DNA of 37,575 bases, from the NCBI GenBank assembly GCA_051942245.1, contig JAVECL010000193.1, forward strand, positions 1 through 37,575, given 5' to 3'. A program made the position numbers and the translations under genes. Position 1 is the first letter of the stretch. Each line of letters begins with the position of its first letter. The DNA is from Trypethelium eluteriae (lineage: Eukaryota). The notes beneath the pieces were generated by a model, which saw nothing but the letters and a program-made list of their open reading frames with translations, had not been told where the DNA came from and ran no database searches. Positions 36,376 to 37,575 of this stretch are shown piece by piece.

Positions 36376-36691
36376 GTGTGTAATAAGATATCCCCAAGCC
36401 TGCGGACGAAATGCGGCGGCGTTGATTCAAGACAGCGATCATCATTGAATTGAGCGATCTCGTGCATTAATAGGGAAAAGTGGAGGAGAGTACAGAATAA
36501 TGACTGCACGAGCTGTTTGTAATACGACTATACCAACGATTGGGAATACCTAGATACAAACGACTAATGTATATTCACAGTCACAAGATCGTCATTCGCG
36601 CATTGGGCGCTTGCGAAATAGATAAATCAATGCCTATCTCTTCAGCTTCACGTAGATGGGTTTTTGAATAGACTCGTCCCAAACGTCTACC

Positions 36692-37575
36692 TCAAAGCTT
36701 GGCCTTTCTGGGCTCTGCTTCCAGATCCCTAAACCGCCTGAATCCTTCTAGACTCTTCGGGTTTGCCACAGTCGAGCTGACCTTCACATCTCTCCCGCTG
36801 ATCAGGTTCTTTACCGCAATCTCCACTTTCTTCCCGTTTACCGTATACGGAATCTCCTTCACCTCCTCCATGAAGCGTGGCACATGCCTCCTGCTCAAAC
36901 CCTTCGCGATCGCCTCCTTCAGTTCATTCTTCAACTCCGTCGTAAATCTCTTCCCCTCCTGCATCCTCACAAATAGAAACACCGCCTCATCTTTATCCTC
37001 TGGCCTCCTTCGCCCCACACATAGCGTCTCGGCCACCCCTCTCTCCGTATTGAACGGCGGCGCCTCCACAATCGCATACACCTCCCCACTCCCAAACCGA
37101 ATCCCACTCGGATTCAACACGCCATCGCTCCGCCCACTCATCCGCCACCCCTTCGTCCGCGGATTATACCGTATCCAATCCGACACCGCCCAGACATCCA
37201 CCGACGACTTCCCACCCTTCTCCTTATTTCCCTCCCCTTCCCACTTGGTAAAATACTCGCGCTGATAGATGCGGCGGCCGGGATCATTCCAAAACCCCGT
37301 CGGCATACTCGGAAACGGCTGGGCGATGACCATCTCCCCATCCGCGCCGGTATGCTTGACGCTCGCCCCCGTCTCCGGGTCCAGCACGTCGATCGCCATG
37401 CCCAGCCCGGGCACCTGCATCTCGCCGGCGTGCAGCGGACCTTCGAGGTCGGACGTCAGCAAGGAGGTGCCGACGTCGGTGCCGCCCGCGTTGTTGGCGA
37501 GCAGCAGGCCCGCAGGGAAGGCACGCGCGATGTATGCGTATTGTTCCGGGGCGAGCGGCGCGCCGCTCGCCCCGG
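36692..37575 (-). CDS. Acetoacetyl-CoA synthetase (acetoacetate-CoA ligase), C-terminal part (5' end outside window)
   Basis: GGTDVG, GEMQVPGLGM, PFPSMPTGFWND, GRSDGVLNPSGIRFGSGEVY, LSRRHVP, IPYTVNGKKVEIAVK and VANP are typical of AACS; the frame stays open to the window edge; ends in -AKL. Confidence 0.9.
   Translation of the reverse strand, partial: GASGAPLAPEQYAYIARAFPAGLLLANNAGGTDVGTSLLTSDLEGPLHAGEMQVPGLGMAIDVLDPETGASVKHTGADGEMVIAQPFPSMPTGFWNDPGRRIYQREYFTKWEGEGNKEKGGKSSVDVWAVSDWIRYNPRTKGWRMSGRSDGVLNPSGIRFGSGEVYAIVEAPPFNTERGVAETLCVGRRRPEDKDEAVFLFVRMQEGKRFTTELKNELKEAIAKGLSRRHVPRFMEEVKEIPYTVNGKKVEIAVKNLISGRDVKVSSTVANPKSLEGFRRFRDLEAEPRKAKL

Noticed and set aside
1031..36691. Intact Starship, transposon or secondary-metabolite cluster
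   Set aside because: No tyrosine-recombinase captain, transposase, RT, LTR/TIR pair, PKS or NRPS was recognised.

Overview
Eukaryotic (filamentous ascomycete, Pezizomycotina-like) genomic DNA with GT-AG introns. Two convergent housekeeping genes bound the window: the 3' part of RNA polymerase I subunit RPA135/RPA2 (+, left edge) and the 3' part of acetoacetyl-CoA synthetase (-, right edge). The ~35 kb between them is accessory-type. Apparently intact genes: a secreted S8 subtilisin, an Asp f 4-like secreted protein, a 311-aa orphan, a 5-exon laccase, two F-box-like proteins and a ~1239-aa Ser/Thr-rich GPI-type surface protein. At least four recognisable pseudogenes: a carboxylesterase/lipase, an MFS transporter, an APH-like kinase, and a DUF7587-like gene (possible ADP-ribosyltransferase fold) broken by one 4-bp duplication. 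Fainter gene relics are also present. No RNA genes, CRISPR arrays or intact transposons were recognised. Family calls come from recalled motifs, not database searches, and exon boundaries were derived by hand. I could not establish a new biological system; the best leads are the ART-like gene, the orphan ORF and the gene-turnover block itself.
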